Below, piece after piece: positions 54,880 through 63,663 of a stretch of DNA of 64,000 bases (its first letter is position 1; each line of letters begins with the position of its first letter). Below the pieces are notes generated by a model, which saw nothing but the letters and a program-made list of their open reading frames with translations, did not search any database and was not told where the DNA came from. Source of the stretch: Mucilaginibacter sp. (lineage in GTDB: Bacteria > Bacteroidota > Bacteroidia > Sphingobacteriales > Sphingobacteriaceae); assembly GCA_035547095.1 (NCBI GenBank), contig DASZVE010000015.1:17306-81305 (forward strand), read 5' to 3'. The position numbers and the translations under genes are program-made.

Positions 54880-55038
54880 TTGTATTTTTTAAACTATTAA
54901 ATGGAACGGTTGGGGTTATTTCACGTAGAAACAATACATTATCTTATCGCCTGGTGGCGATGGTGCAGATGAAGATGATGTAGCCTGTAACCGTTCATTT
55001 TTTTTATAGTTAACTATGGACGAAGTGCCGCAAATATA
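54880..55038 (-). promoter_or_regulatory. his operon control region: candidate -7 box, leader ORF and leader RNA structures
   Basis: TATATTTG lies on the minus strand (55031-55038). The 12-bp palindrome atagttaactat is at 55006-55017. The hairpin AUCGCC-ACCA-GGCGAU lies within the His codons. The 8-bp long-range pair is GAACGGUU (54989-54996) / AACCGUUC (54904-54911). Confidence 0.55.
54939..54998 (-). CDS. his operon leader peptide, 19 aa: MNGYRLHHLHLHHRHQAIR
   Basis: Hand translation of the minus strand gives ATG AAC GGT TAC AGG CTA CAT CAT CTT CAT CTG CAC CAT CGC CAC CAG GCG ATA AGA TAA. That is 6 His in 9 consecutive codons. The stop lies 59 nt upstream of hisG. Confidence 0.65.
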   Translation of the reverse strand: MNGYRLHHLHLHHRHQAIR

Positions 55039-55133
55039 AAGTTTATTTAACAAAAGCAAGTGTTAAGTTTAAATTATGTAATGAGCGGTCGATTTTATTG
55101 AGAGTTTGATATAGACATGACGAGGCCAGCCCC

Positions 55134-55168
55134 AAAGTCCTCCCTACCGGGGAGGATTTAGGAGGGGC
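55134..55168 (+). repeat. Family-C element, covarying copy
   Basis: The sequence reads aaag tcctccc taccg gggagga ttt aggaggg gc. The stem and the mirror tail are both changed coherently relative to the copy at 6310. Confidence 0.85.
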
Positions 55169-56664
55169 TCACTCAAATAAACTTTCCCTTCCTTTGCTCC
55201 GCCGATCTCTTTTAGTTGCCGATGTGCCGCGATATCCTTCAGGCTGATGAGCTCCTTGTTATATAAGGAGTCGAACCAGATTACATAAAATTTCTTTTGC
55301 TGGTAGAATTTGTCTACGTCCTTATGAAAGTACCTGTGCGGTACCAACTGCGAGTTGAGCCCTGTACACAGCCACACCGCTTCGTTTGCATCTGAATAGA
55401 TGGGCACGTTTGGCTTAAACATATCTTTATGCTGCTTCAGGTAGGGCGCAAACTCCGATTTGTTCCAACTATCGTCGCTATAGCCGGGCACGCCGTAGTC
55501 GTTCTCATCGTACCAGCGCTGGTAATCCACCAACACGGTCGAATATTCAAAAAGCAGCATGGCAACAATACCAATTCCGGCCACCACGTATTTCCAGGTT
55601 TTTGAATGTACACTCTTCGAGACATCCGGCACCCAACTGGTACACGAAATAAGCAATGGGATAAACATAGGCGACAACAGCCGGCTGTTAATTTGTTCGT
55701 ACCTCGAAATACTGGCCGATATGATAATGAACAGCCCGTAAACTACCGCAAAAGCAATCACAACATTTTCATAGCTGTTAATGCGCCGCTTCCAGGTTTT
55801 CCATACCAGTACACCGATTAATGCAAGCATAATAACGGATGTTACCAATACCGCATAGCTGTCGGCTTTGTTGCTTAGAGCGCCCCAATCATTTATTACC
55901 GTGCCGACATAAAAGAGGTTTTTTGCAAATGGTGTTATTGATGGCTCACGGGTGCCGGTACTTAACCCGGTCGCCACGCTGTTATAAACCAGGTTGATTA
56001 CCAGCAATGAAATAGAGATCGAACCGTAAATGAGTTCATGGACGATCTTTTTACGGAAAGATATTTCGTTCTCAAGTAATATTAACAAGCAGCCGGTACC
56101 AACAATAGTAACTCCCGCATAACGTGTAATGCAGCTTATGGCAGTTATCAACGCAACTATAACTAGTGATTTAATACTATAAGTATGCGTGTATTTCCAA
56201 AAGGCGATAATAAAGAACAATATCTCCAGTATAAATAAGGTTTCGGACCAGAGGTAAGTATAAATCTCTAGAAGAGCGGGACTGATAATAATAGCGATCA
56301 GTATAAGCCACTTATATATTCGTGAATGCGAAAGGAATCTTTCGATAATCCAGCCGCTGGTAAAAACCACCGAAGCGAACAGGAAGCGGTTGATCATTGC
56401 GCCGGCTTCAACCGGGTTCACCCTCGAAATGAAGTCGATTATGCCGAGGAAAAACGGATAAAATATTGGGAAGAAGGTGATCGGAGTACCCGTAAAGGTA
56501 ATAAAATTGCCGTGCGCCTTAAAGTGCTCTGCCGCGCTGGCGTACATCAGCGAATCGGGCGAAAGGCCCACGCCACTATAGGACGTAAATAAGTATATAG
56601 CGTAAAAGCCTATACAGGCAAAGATGAATGAATCGAGGTTGGTCAGGTAGCGGTTAAGCTTCAT
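55144..56664 (-). CDS. Polytopic membrane protein, GT-C/ArnT-like glycosyltransferase candidate
   Basis: 506 aa. About 11 TM segments are followed by a soluble C-terminal domain. The last codons are derived from the family-C repeat. Confidence 0.4.
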   Translation of the reverse strand: MKLNRYLTNLDSFIFACIGFYAIYLFTSYSGVGLSPDSLMYASAAEHFKAHGNFITFTGTPITFFPIFYPFFLGIIDFISRVNPVEAGAMINRFLFASVVFTSGWIIERFLSHSRIYKWLILIAIIISPALLEIYTYLWSETLFILEILFFIIAFWKYTHTYSIKSLVIVALITAISCITRYAGVTIVGTGCLLILLENEISFRKKIVHELIYGSISISLLVINLVYNSVATGLSTGTREPSITPFAKNLFYVGTVINDWGALSNKADSYAVLVTSVIMLALIGVLVWKTWKRRINSYENVVIAFAVVYGLFIIISASISRYEQINSRLLSPMFIPLLISCTSWVPDVSKSVHSKTWKYVVAGIGIVAMLLFEYSTVLVDYQRWYDENDYGVPGYSDDSWNKSEFAPYLKQHKDMFKPNVPIYSDANEAVWLCTGLNSQLVPHRYFHKDVDKFYQQKKFYVIWFDSLYNKELISLKDIAAHRQLKEIGGAKEGKVYLSEPLLNPPR

Positions 56665-56761
56665 GTGTTTATAGTTGTATCAGTTGTAGAAGTTGCATTA
56701 ATTGAATTGGTTTGCTAATCGATCCAAACCAATACAACTAATATAACCAATCCAACCAAAA

Positions 56762-57262
56762 TCAATCGATCAAATCCAGAACCTCACTGATCGGCTGATC
56801 ACTGTTTATTAATATACCTTTTACACCAGCAGCCGTGCCGGCTATCACATCCCGTTCACGGTCGCCGATAAAATAGGACTTTTCCGGGTCGAGGTTATAT
56901 TTTGCTATACCTTGTAATAATAGTCCTGGTTTTGGTTTACGGCAATCGCATTCGCCGGTAAAATCCGGGTGGTGCGGGCAATAGAAAATATCCGTTATTT
57001 CCACACCTCCCGCGCTGTAAATATCCCTTAATTTGCTATGCATTGCACCAAGGTCTTCCTCTGTATACCATCCTTTGGCAAGCCCGCCCTGGTTGGTAGC
57101 GACTAATAGGAGGTACCCGCGGTCCTGGAGTTCTTTTAATGCGGGAATATTATATTCCAGCACATGAAAATCTTCTACCCGGCATACGTAGTCGCCCATT
57201 TCCCGGTTTAAAACACCGTCACGATCCAGGAAAACGGCTTTGTTCTTTGCAGATGTATCCAT
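56762..57262 (-). CDS. gmhB: D,D-heptose 1,7-bisphosphate phosphatase (HAD-IIIA)
   Basis: Contains VFLDRDGVLN, VATNQGG, CPHHPDFTGECDCRKPKPG and GDRERD. Confidence 0.8.
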   Translation of the reverse strand: MDTSAKNKAVFLDRDGVLNREMGDYVCRVEDFHVLEYNIPALKELQDRGYLLLVATNQGGLAKGWYTEEDLGAMHSKLRDIYSAGGVEITDIFYCPHHPDFTGECDCRKPKPGLLLQGIAKYNLDPEKSYFIGDRERDVIAGTAAGVKGILINSDQPISEVLDLID

Positions 57263-57601
57263 CGGCGCAAAGGTAGTTCCTTGGTTGGAAAGTTGTAAAG
57301 CCGGAACGCTGAAAAGTTAAAATAAAGTAACGACACGCGGAAAATATAACTTTTTAACCCTGCAGCCTTGCAACAGTACGGCAAACAATAGCTATGCAGG
57401 CATACTAACTAAATATACCGGATTATGAGATTTATATATTTTTTATTAATTTTTTAACAGATTGCTAATTTTTGAATTTTTGCTGCGATTTTTTTTAACA
57501 TAATCAGAAAAATTTATGAATATTTTAAAAAATATGCAGATAATTTGTAACTTCGTCATTAGCGCCAGTTGCGAATTTTAAGAGAACAACGGTAAGGATT
57601 A

Positions 57602-60600
57602 ATGATGGATAAGACGGATTGCCCCCAGCAGGGCCTGTACAGGCCTGAATTTGAACACGACTCATGCGGAACCGGTTTTATAGCCAATATTAACGGCCAT
57701 AAAACCAATGAAATAATAGATAATGCCCTTACCATGCTGGAAAACATGGAGCACCGCGGCGCTTGCGGCTGCGACCCTGAAACCGGCGATGGAGCAGGTA
57801 TCCTGATTCAGCTTCCCCACGAATTTTTGATGGAAGAATGCTCGAACCTGGAGATCAGCCTGCCTGAACCGGGCGAGTACGGGGTAGGAATGATATTTCT
57901 GCCGAAAGACCCGTCGATGAAAAAGGCCTGCCGCATCGTAATAGCCAATGCGATCGAAAAGCTGGGCATGCAGAAGCTGGGTTATCGTAAGCTCGCCGTC
58001 GATTCGTCTGTGATCGGTGAGACCGCCCGCCTCGCCGAGCCGGAAGTGGAGCAACTGTTTGTACAACGGCCTCACCGCATTACCAATGCAGACGATTTTG
58101 AACGTAAGCTTTACGTTCTGAGACGATACATTAATAAAACCATCACCGAAACTATTGCGGGAGCAGGCGAGCATTTTTACTTTACCTCGTTCTCGTGCAA
58201 GACTATAGTATATAAGGGCCAGCTGACCACATACCAGTTGCGCCAATATTATGCGGATCTGCGTGACCCGAGAATGACGTCGGGCCTGGCGATGATCCAC
58301 AGCCGTTTCTCAACGAATACTTTCCCGTCGTGGAAACTGGCGCAGCCGTTCCGCTTGCTGGCGCATAACGGCGAGATCAATACGCTGACCGGTAACCTTA
58401 ATTGGTTTTACTCGGGCGTACGCTCGTTCGTATCGCAATATTTTACAAGCGAGGAAATGGAAATGCTGCTGCCGGTTATCGACAATAACCAGTCGGACTC
58501 GGCATGCCTTGATAATATTATAGAAGTTCTGCTCCACTCGGGCCGCTCGCTGCCTCACGTGATGATGATGCTGGTTCCCGAAGCATGGGACGGCAACGAG
58601 CAAATGGATCCGATCAAAAAAGCATTCTATGAATACCATGCGACGCTGATGGAGCCATGGGACGGCCCGGCGGCTTTGACATTTACCGATGGCAGACTTA
58701 TCGGCGCAACGTTAGATCGTAATGGCCTGCGTCCGCTGCGTTTCGTAGTAACTAAGGATGGTCGCGTAATCGCTGCGTCTGAAGCAGGCGTTTTAAAGCT
58801 CGATCCGGCGAATGTGCTGAAGAAAGGCCGTTTGCAGCCTGGTAAAATGTTGCTGGTAGACACGCAGAAGGGTAAGATAATTTCTGACGACGAGATCAAA
58901 CACCAGGTAGCTTCACGGCAACCGTATGGTCAATGGCTCGAAAACTATAAGATTAAACTGGAAGACCTGGCCGAGCCTCGGCTGGCGTTCGCGCCGCTGT
59001 CGCCCGAGGCGGTTTTTCGTTACCAGCAGGTTTTTGGCTATAGCCGTGAAGATATCGACACCATTATTAAACCGATGGCGCTAGACGGCAAGGAGCCGAT
59101 CGGTTCAATGGGGACCGATGTACCGCTGGCCGTGCTTTCGGACAAACCACAACATTTATCAAGTTATTTTAAGCAATTCTTCGCGCAGGTAACCAATCCG
59201 CCTATCGACCCGATACGCGAACGCCTGGTGATGAGCCTGGCTACTTTTATAGGCAACAATGGCAACCTTTTAGACGAAGACAAGATGCATTGCCATTGCG
59301 TTGCCCTGAAATGGCCCATCCTTATCGACCACGACCTGGAAAAGCTGCGTAGTATCGATACAGGTTCGTTCCACGCAAAAACGCTGCAGACCTATTTTGT
59401 AGCCGACGGTATGCCGGGTTCGCTCGAAAAGGGTTTGGCAAGGCTTTGCCGCTACGCGGAAGACGCCGTAGGAGAGGGCTTCGAAGTGCTGATCCTTTCG
59501 GATCGCGCTATCGACTCGGAGCATGCGCCGATACCTTCGCTGCTTGCCGTTTCAGCCGTTCACCATCATTTGGTGCGCAAGGGCCTGCGGGGCGCCGTAG
59601 GTTTGGTTTCGGAAGCGGGCGATGCATGGGAGGTACATCATTTTGCTACGCTGCTGGCATTTGGCGCGACGGCGATCAACCCGTATTTGGCGTTGTCGAC
59701 TATTGAGACCATCAAAAATGACGGCACCCTTGACACGACTTTGGACGCCAAGTCGCTCAGAAAGAACTATGTTAAAGCTATCAATGATGGCCTGCTGAAG
59801 ATATTCTCAAAAATGGGCATTTCGACGCTGCAATCGTACCACGGTTCGCAGGTGTTTGAGATACTCGGACTTAACAAGAGCGTCGTTGACCGTTATTTCG
59901 ACGGCGCCGTAACCCGTATTGGCGGTTTGGGCCTCGATGAAATAGCCAAAGAATCGCTTTGCAAGCATAAGATCGGTTTCGCCAGTTCGAAATATACCGA
60001 CCGTCTGCTACCAGAAGGTGGTATTTACCAGTGGAAGCGCAGGGGCGAGGAGCACCTGTTCAATCCGCAAACGGTACACCTGTTGCAGCACGCAACGCGC
60101 ACAGGCGATTATTCAGTTTATAAAAATTATGCTAAACTGGTTAACGAGCAGACCGAGAAACACTTTACGATCCGTGGTTTGCTTGACTTTGCGCATCACC
60201 GCGAGTCGGTAAAACTGGACGAGGTAGAGCCTGCTGAAGAGATCATGAAGCGTTTCGCTACAGGCGCAATGTCGTTCGGATCGATCTCGCACGAGGCCCA
60301 CAGCACTTTGGCCATTGCCATGAACCGCATCGGCGGAAAAAGCAATACCGGCGAAGGCGGTGAAGACGAGATGCGCTATCAAAGACTGCCAAACGGCGAT
60401 TCGATGCGCTCGGCCATTAAACAGGTTGCTTCGGCACGTTTTGGGGTAACATCCAACTACCTCACCAACGCCGACGAGTTACAGATCAAGATGGCGCAGG
60501 GCGCTAAGCCCGGCGAAGGCGGTCAGTTGCCCGGCCATAAGGTGGACGACTGGATTGCACGGACGCGTCACTCGACACCGGGTGTAGGTTTGATTTCGCC

Positions 60601-62128
60601 GCCGCCACACCACGATATTTATTCTATCGAGGACTTAGCTCAATTAATATTCGACCTGAAAAATGCCAACCGCGCAGCGCGTATCAACGTAAAGCTGGTA
60701 TCCAAAGCAGGTGTAGGCACTATAGCAGCAGGTGTTGCCAAAGCGCATGCCGATGTGATCCTGATCGCAGGATACGACGGCGGCACAGGCGCCTCGCCGA
60801 TCAGTTCGATCAGGCATGCCGGTTTGCCATGGGAATTGGGTCTTTCTGAATCACACCAAACCCTGGTACGCAATAAACTGCGCAGCCGGGTGGTGTTGCA
60901 GACGGACGGTCAGTTGAAAACCGGCCGCGACCTCGCTATCGCCTGCTTAATGGGCGCCGAGGAGTGGGGTGTTGCAACTGCGGCGCTGGTAGCGGGCGGC
61001 TGTATCATGATGCGCAAATGCCACCTGAACACCTGCCCGGTAGGGGTTGCGACGCAGGACCCTGAATTGAGAAAATTGTTCAGCGGCAAACCGGAACACG
61101 TGGTGAACCTGTTCCGCTTTATGGCGGAAGAACTTCGCGAGATTATGGCCGAGTTGGGTTTCCGTACCATTAACGAAATGGTAGGCCGTGTTCAGTTCCT
61201 GAAAGTGAAGGACGGACTACAGAACTGGAAGGTGAAACATATCGACCTGAGCGGCATATTGCATCCGGTTAATAACCCGAAAGGCATGACGCTGTACAAC
61301 AGCGAAAAGCAGGATCATGGCATGGACGCGATCCTGGATTGGACGCTACTGGAACATGCCAAACAAGCGCTTGAAGATAAAACACCGGTGTTTGGCACGT
61401 TCGATGTCAAGAATACGGACCGTACCCTGGGCACGATGCTGTCGAACGAAATATCGAAGATATATGGCTCGGCAGGTTTGCCCGACAATACGATCAATTA
61501 TAAATTCACTGGGTCGGCCGGGCAGAGCTTTGGCGCTTTCGCCACAAAAGGCATTTCTTTCGAACTGGAGGGCGAGGCGAACGACTATGTCGGCAAAGGC
61601 TTGTCTGGCGCTCAGTTAGCCATCTACCCATCAGCCGAATCGACATTTACGCCTGAAGATAATATCATTATCGGCAATGTGGCGCTGTACGGCGCAACGT
61701 CAGGCGAGGTATTTATTCGCGGTATGGCCGGCGAACGTTTCGCTGTGCGTAACTCGGGTGCAACAGCAGTTGTGGAAGGCGTAGGCGATCACGGTTGTGA
61801 ATACATGACCGGTGGCCGCGCGCTGATCCTTGGCAATACCGGCAGAAACTTCGCGGCAGGCATGAGCGGCGGTATAGCATGGGTTTACGACAAAGACGGC
61901 TCATTTACCGACAACTGCAACCGCGAGATGGTCGACCTGGATCCGCTATCCCAAAAGGACGAAGAAGAGATTATCGCATTGCTGAAAAAGCATGTGAGCC
62001 TTACAGGAAGCAAGATAGGCAAGGACCTGCTTAAGAACTGGGATGAAGCATCGACGAAGTTCATTAAAGTGTTCCCGCAGGAGTATAAAAAAGTATTACA
62101 AAAGGCAGAATATCAGACAGTAAGTTAA
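57602..62128 (+). CDS. gltB: Glutamate synthase large subunit
   Basis: 1508 aa. It has the N-terminal amidotransferase Cys (HDSCGTGF), FMN and 3Fe-4S regions, and a C-terminal GXGXG beta-helix. Confidence 0.95.
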   Translation: MMDKTDCPQQGLYRPEFEHDSCGTGFIANINGHKTNEIIDNALTMLENMEHRGACGCDPETGDGAGILIQLPHEFLMEECSNLEISLPEPGEYGVGMIFLPKDPSMKKACRIVIANAIEKLGMQKLGYRKLAVDSSVIGETARLAEPEVEQLFVQRPHRITNADDFERKLYVLRRYINKTITETIAGAGEHFYFTSFSCKTIVYKGQLTTYQLRQYYADLRDPRMTSGLAMIHSRFSTNTFPSWKLAQPFRLLAHNGEINTLTGNLNWFYSGVRSFVSQYFTSEEMEMLLPVIDNNQSDSACLDNIIEVLLHSGRSLPHVMMMLVPEAWDGNEQMDPIKKAFYEYHATLMEPWDGPAALTFTDGRLIGATLDRNGLRPLRFVVTKDGRVIAASEAGVLKLDPANVLKKGRLQPGKMLLVDTQKGKIISDDEIKHQVASRQPYGQWLENYKIKLEDLAEPRLAFAPLSPEAVFRYQQVFGYSREDIDTIIKPMALDGKEPIGSMGTDVPLAVLSDKPQHLSSYFKQFFAQVTNPPIDPIRERLVMSLATFIGNNGNLLDEDKMHCHCVALKWPILIDHDLEKLRSIDTGSFHAKTLQTYFVADGMPGSLEKGLARLCRYAEDAVGEGFEVLILSDRAIDSEHAPIPSLLAVSAVHHHLVRKGLRGAVGLVSEAGDAWEVHHFATLLAFGATAINPYLALSTIETIKNDGTLDTTLDAKSLRKNYVKAINDGLLKIFSKMGISTLQSYHGSQVFEILGLNKSVVDRYFDGAVTRIGGLGLDEIAKESLCKHKIGFASSKYTDRLLPEGGIYQWKRRGEEHLFNPQTVHLLQHATRTGDYSVYKNYAKLVNEQTEKHFTIRGLLDFAHHRESVKLDEVEPAEEIMKRFATGAMSFGSISHEAHSTLAIAMNRIGGKSNTGEGGEDEMRYQRLPNGDSMRSAIKQVASARFGVTSNYLTNADELQIKMAQGAKPGEGGQLPGHKVDDWIARTRHSTPGVGLISPPPHHDIYSIEDLAQLIFDLKNANRAARINVKLVSKAGVGTIAAGVAKAHADVILIAGYDGGTGASPISSIRHAGLPWELGLSESHQTLVRNKLRSRVVLQTDGQLKTGRDLAIACLMGAEEWGVATAALVAGGCIMMRKCHLNTCPVGVATQDPELRKLFSGKPEHVVNLFRFMAEELREIMAELGFRTINEMVGRVQFLKVKDGLQNWKVKHIDLSGILHPVNNPKGMTLYNSEKQDHGMDAILDWTLLEHAKQALEDKTPVFGTFDVKNTDRTLGTMLSNEISKIYGSAGLPDNTINYKFTGSAGQSFGAFATKGISFELEGEANDYVGKGLSGAQLAIYPSAESTFTPEDNIIIGNVALYGATSGEVFIRGMAGERFAVRNSGATAVVEGVGDHGCEYMTGGRALILGNTGRNFAAGMSGGIAWVYDKDGSFTDNCNREMVDLDPLSQKDEEEIIALLKKHVSLTGSKIGKDLLKNWDEASTKFIKVFPQEYKKVLQKAEYQTVS

Positions 62129-63606
62129 TGGGAAAGCCAACAGGATTTAAGGAGTATAACAGGGAATTGCCCGATAAAGTGGCGCCGGCTGAACGTGTAA
62201 AAAATTACAACGAGTTTGAAGGCCTTTACAATGAACAAAAGCTGAATGAACAGTCGGCACGCTGCATGAACTGCGGTATACCGTTCTGCCATTCAGGCTG
62301 CCCGCTTGGCAATATCATACCAGAATTCAACGATGCCGTTTACCGCAAGAACTGGGAAGAGGCGTACCGGATTTTATCATCAACCAATAATTTCCCCGAA
62401 TTTACCGGCAGAATATGCCCTGCGCCCTGCGAATCAGCTTGCGTGTTAGGTATCAACAAACCCCCGGTTGCCATCGAAGAGATCGAGAAGCATATTATCG
62501 AAATCGCTTATGAGAAAAACCTGGTAAAACCCACCGCGCCACTGGTTAAAACGGGAAAGAAAGTGGCTGTAGTAGGCTCGGGTCCTGCCGGGTTGGCCGC
62601 CGCGGCGCAATTGGCTAAGGCTGGCCATGCTGTTACGGTTTATGAGCGTGATGACAAACCCGGAGGTTTGCTGCGTTATGGTATCCCGGATTTCAAGCTG
62701 GAAAAATGGGTGGTTGAGCGCCGCGTCCAGATAATGGAAGAGGACGGGGTCGTATTTAAATGTAATGTCGAGGTTGGGAAAGATTTTCCCGCCGACGAAT
62801 TGACGAAAAATTTCGACGCCGTGATATTGGCGGGCGGATCTACAATCCCCCGTAATCTGAATATCCCCGGCAGGGAACTGAAAGGTATCCATTTTGCGAT
62901 GGATTTCCTGAAACAGCAGAACAAGCGTGTAAGCCAAATAGATTTTGATGCCGAGGACATATTGGCAACGGACAAGGATGTGGTGATCATTGGCGGCGGT
63001 GATACCGGCAGCGACTGTGTAGGTACCTCAAACCGCCATGGTGCGAAGTCGATCCACCAGTTCGAGGTGATGATGAAGCCGCCTGTTGACCGCACTCAAA
63101 ATATGCCATGGCCGACCTACCCGATGATCCTGAAAACGACCAGCAGCCACGAAGAAGGTTGCCAGCGTTACTGGGGCATCAATACCAAAGCGTTTTTGGG
63201 CGACGAAAACGGTAATCTTCGAGCCTTAAAAGTGACCGATGTAACCTGGGAGACCGATGTGTTGGGCCGCCCAATGAAATTCACCGAAATTGAAGGCTCG
63301 GAACGCGAGATAAAATGCCAGCGCGTATTCCTGGCGATGGGTTTCCTGCATCCGCAGCATGAAGGGATGATCAATGGCCTGCATGTCCAGCTGGATGACC
63401 GCAAAAATGTGAAAGCTAAAGAAGGCGTCTATCGTACCAATGTGAGCAAGGTGTTTACCGCGGGCGACATGCGCCGCGGACAGTCGCTGGTGGTATGGGC
63501 TATATCTGAAGGTAGGGAATGCGCCCGCAAGGTCGACGAGTTCCTGATGGGTCATTCGATACTGGAAAGCAAGGACGCGGTAAACCAGTTTGAGCAGGTT
63601 TTCTGA
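62128..63606 (+). CDS. gltD: Glutamate synthase small subunit
   Basis: Contains the Cys clusters CMNCGIPFCHSGCP and CPAPCESAC, and VAVVGSGPAGLAAA. The start overlaps the gltB stop (TAATG). Confidence 0.95.
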   Translation: MGKPTGFKEYNRELPDKVAPAERVKNYNEFEGLYNEQKLNEQSARCMNCGIPFCHSGCPLGNIIPEFNDAVYRKNWEEAYRILSSTNNFPEFTGRICPAPCESACVLGINKPPVAIEEIEKHIIEIAYEKNLVKPTAPLVKTGKKVAVVGSGPAGLAAAAQLAKAGHAVTVYERDDKPGGLLRYGIPDFKLEKWVVERRVQIMEEDGVVFKCNVEVGKDFPADELTKNFDAVILAGGSTIPRNLNIPGRELKGIHFAMDFLKQQNKRVSQIDFDAEDILATDKDVVIIGGGDTGSDCVGTSNRHGAKSIHQFEVMMKPPVDRTQNMPWPTYPMILKTTSSHEEGCQRYWGINTKAFLGDENGNLRALKVTDVTWETDVLGRPMKFTEIEGSEREIKCQRVFLAMGFLHPQHEGMINGLHVQLDDRKNVKAKEGVYRTNVSKVFTAGDMRRGQSLVVWAISEGRECARKVDEFLMGHSILESKDAVNQFEQVF

Positions 63607-63663
63607 TGTGCAGATGTTGAGCAAATGTGCAGATGGGGATCAAGTAATAATTTTACGGGAATG

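Noticed and set aside
54880-54938. A classical intrinsic terminator (GC-rich stem plus U tract) between the his leader ORF and hisG
   Set aside because: I found only a 7-bp AU-rich hairpin (UUGUUUC-UACGU-GAAAUAA) with no U tract, and an 8-bp long-range helix. The leader peptide call stands, but I do not claim a specific terminator/antiterminator fold.
57263-57601. Riboswitch or leader element upstream of gltB
   Set aside because: The 339-bp region is very A+T-rich with several near-matches to TAnnTTTG. I could not find conserved helices, a mini-ORF or a known riboswitch core, so it is left unannotated.
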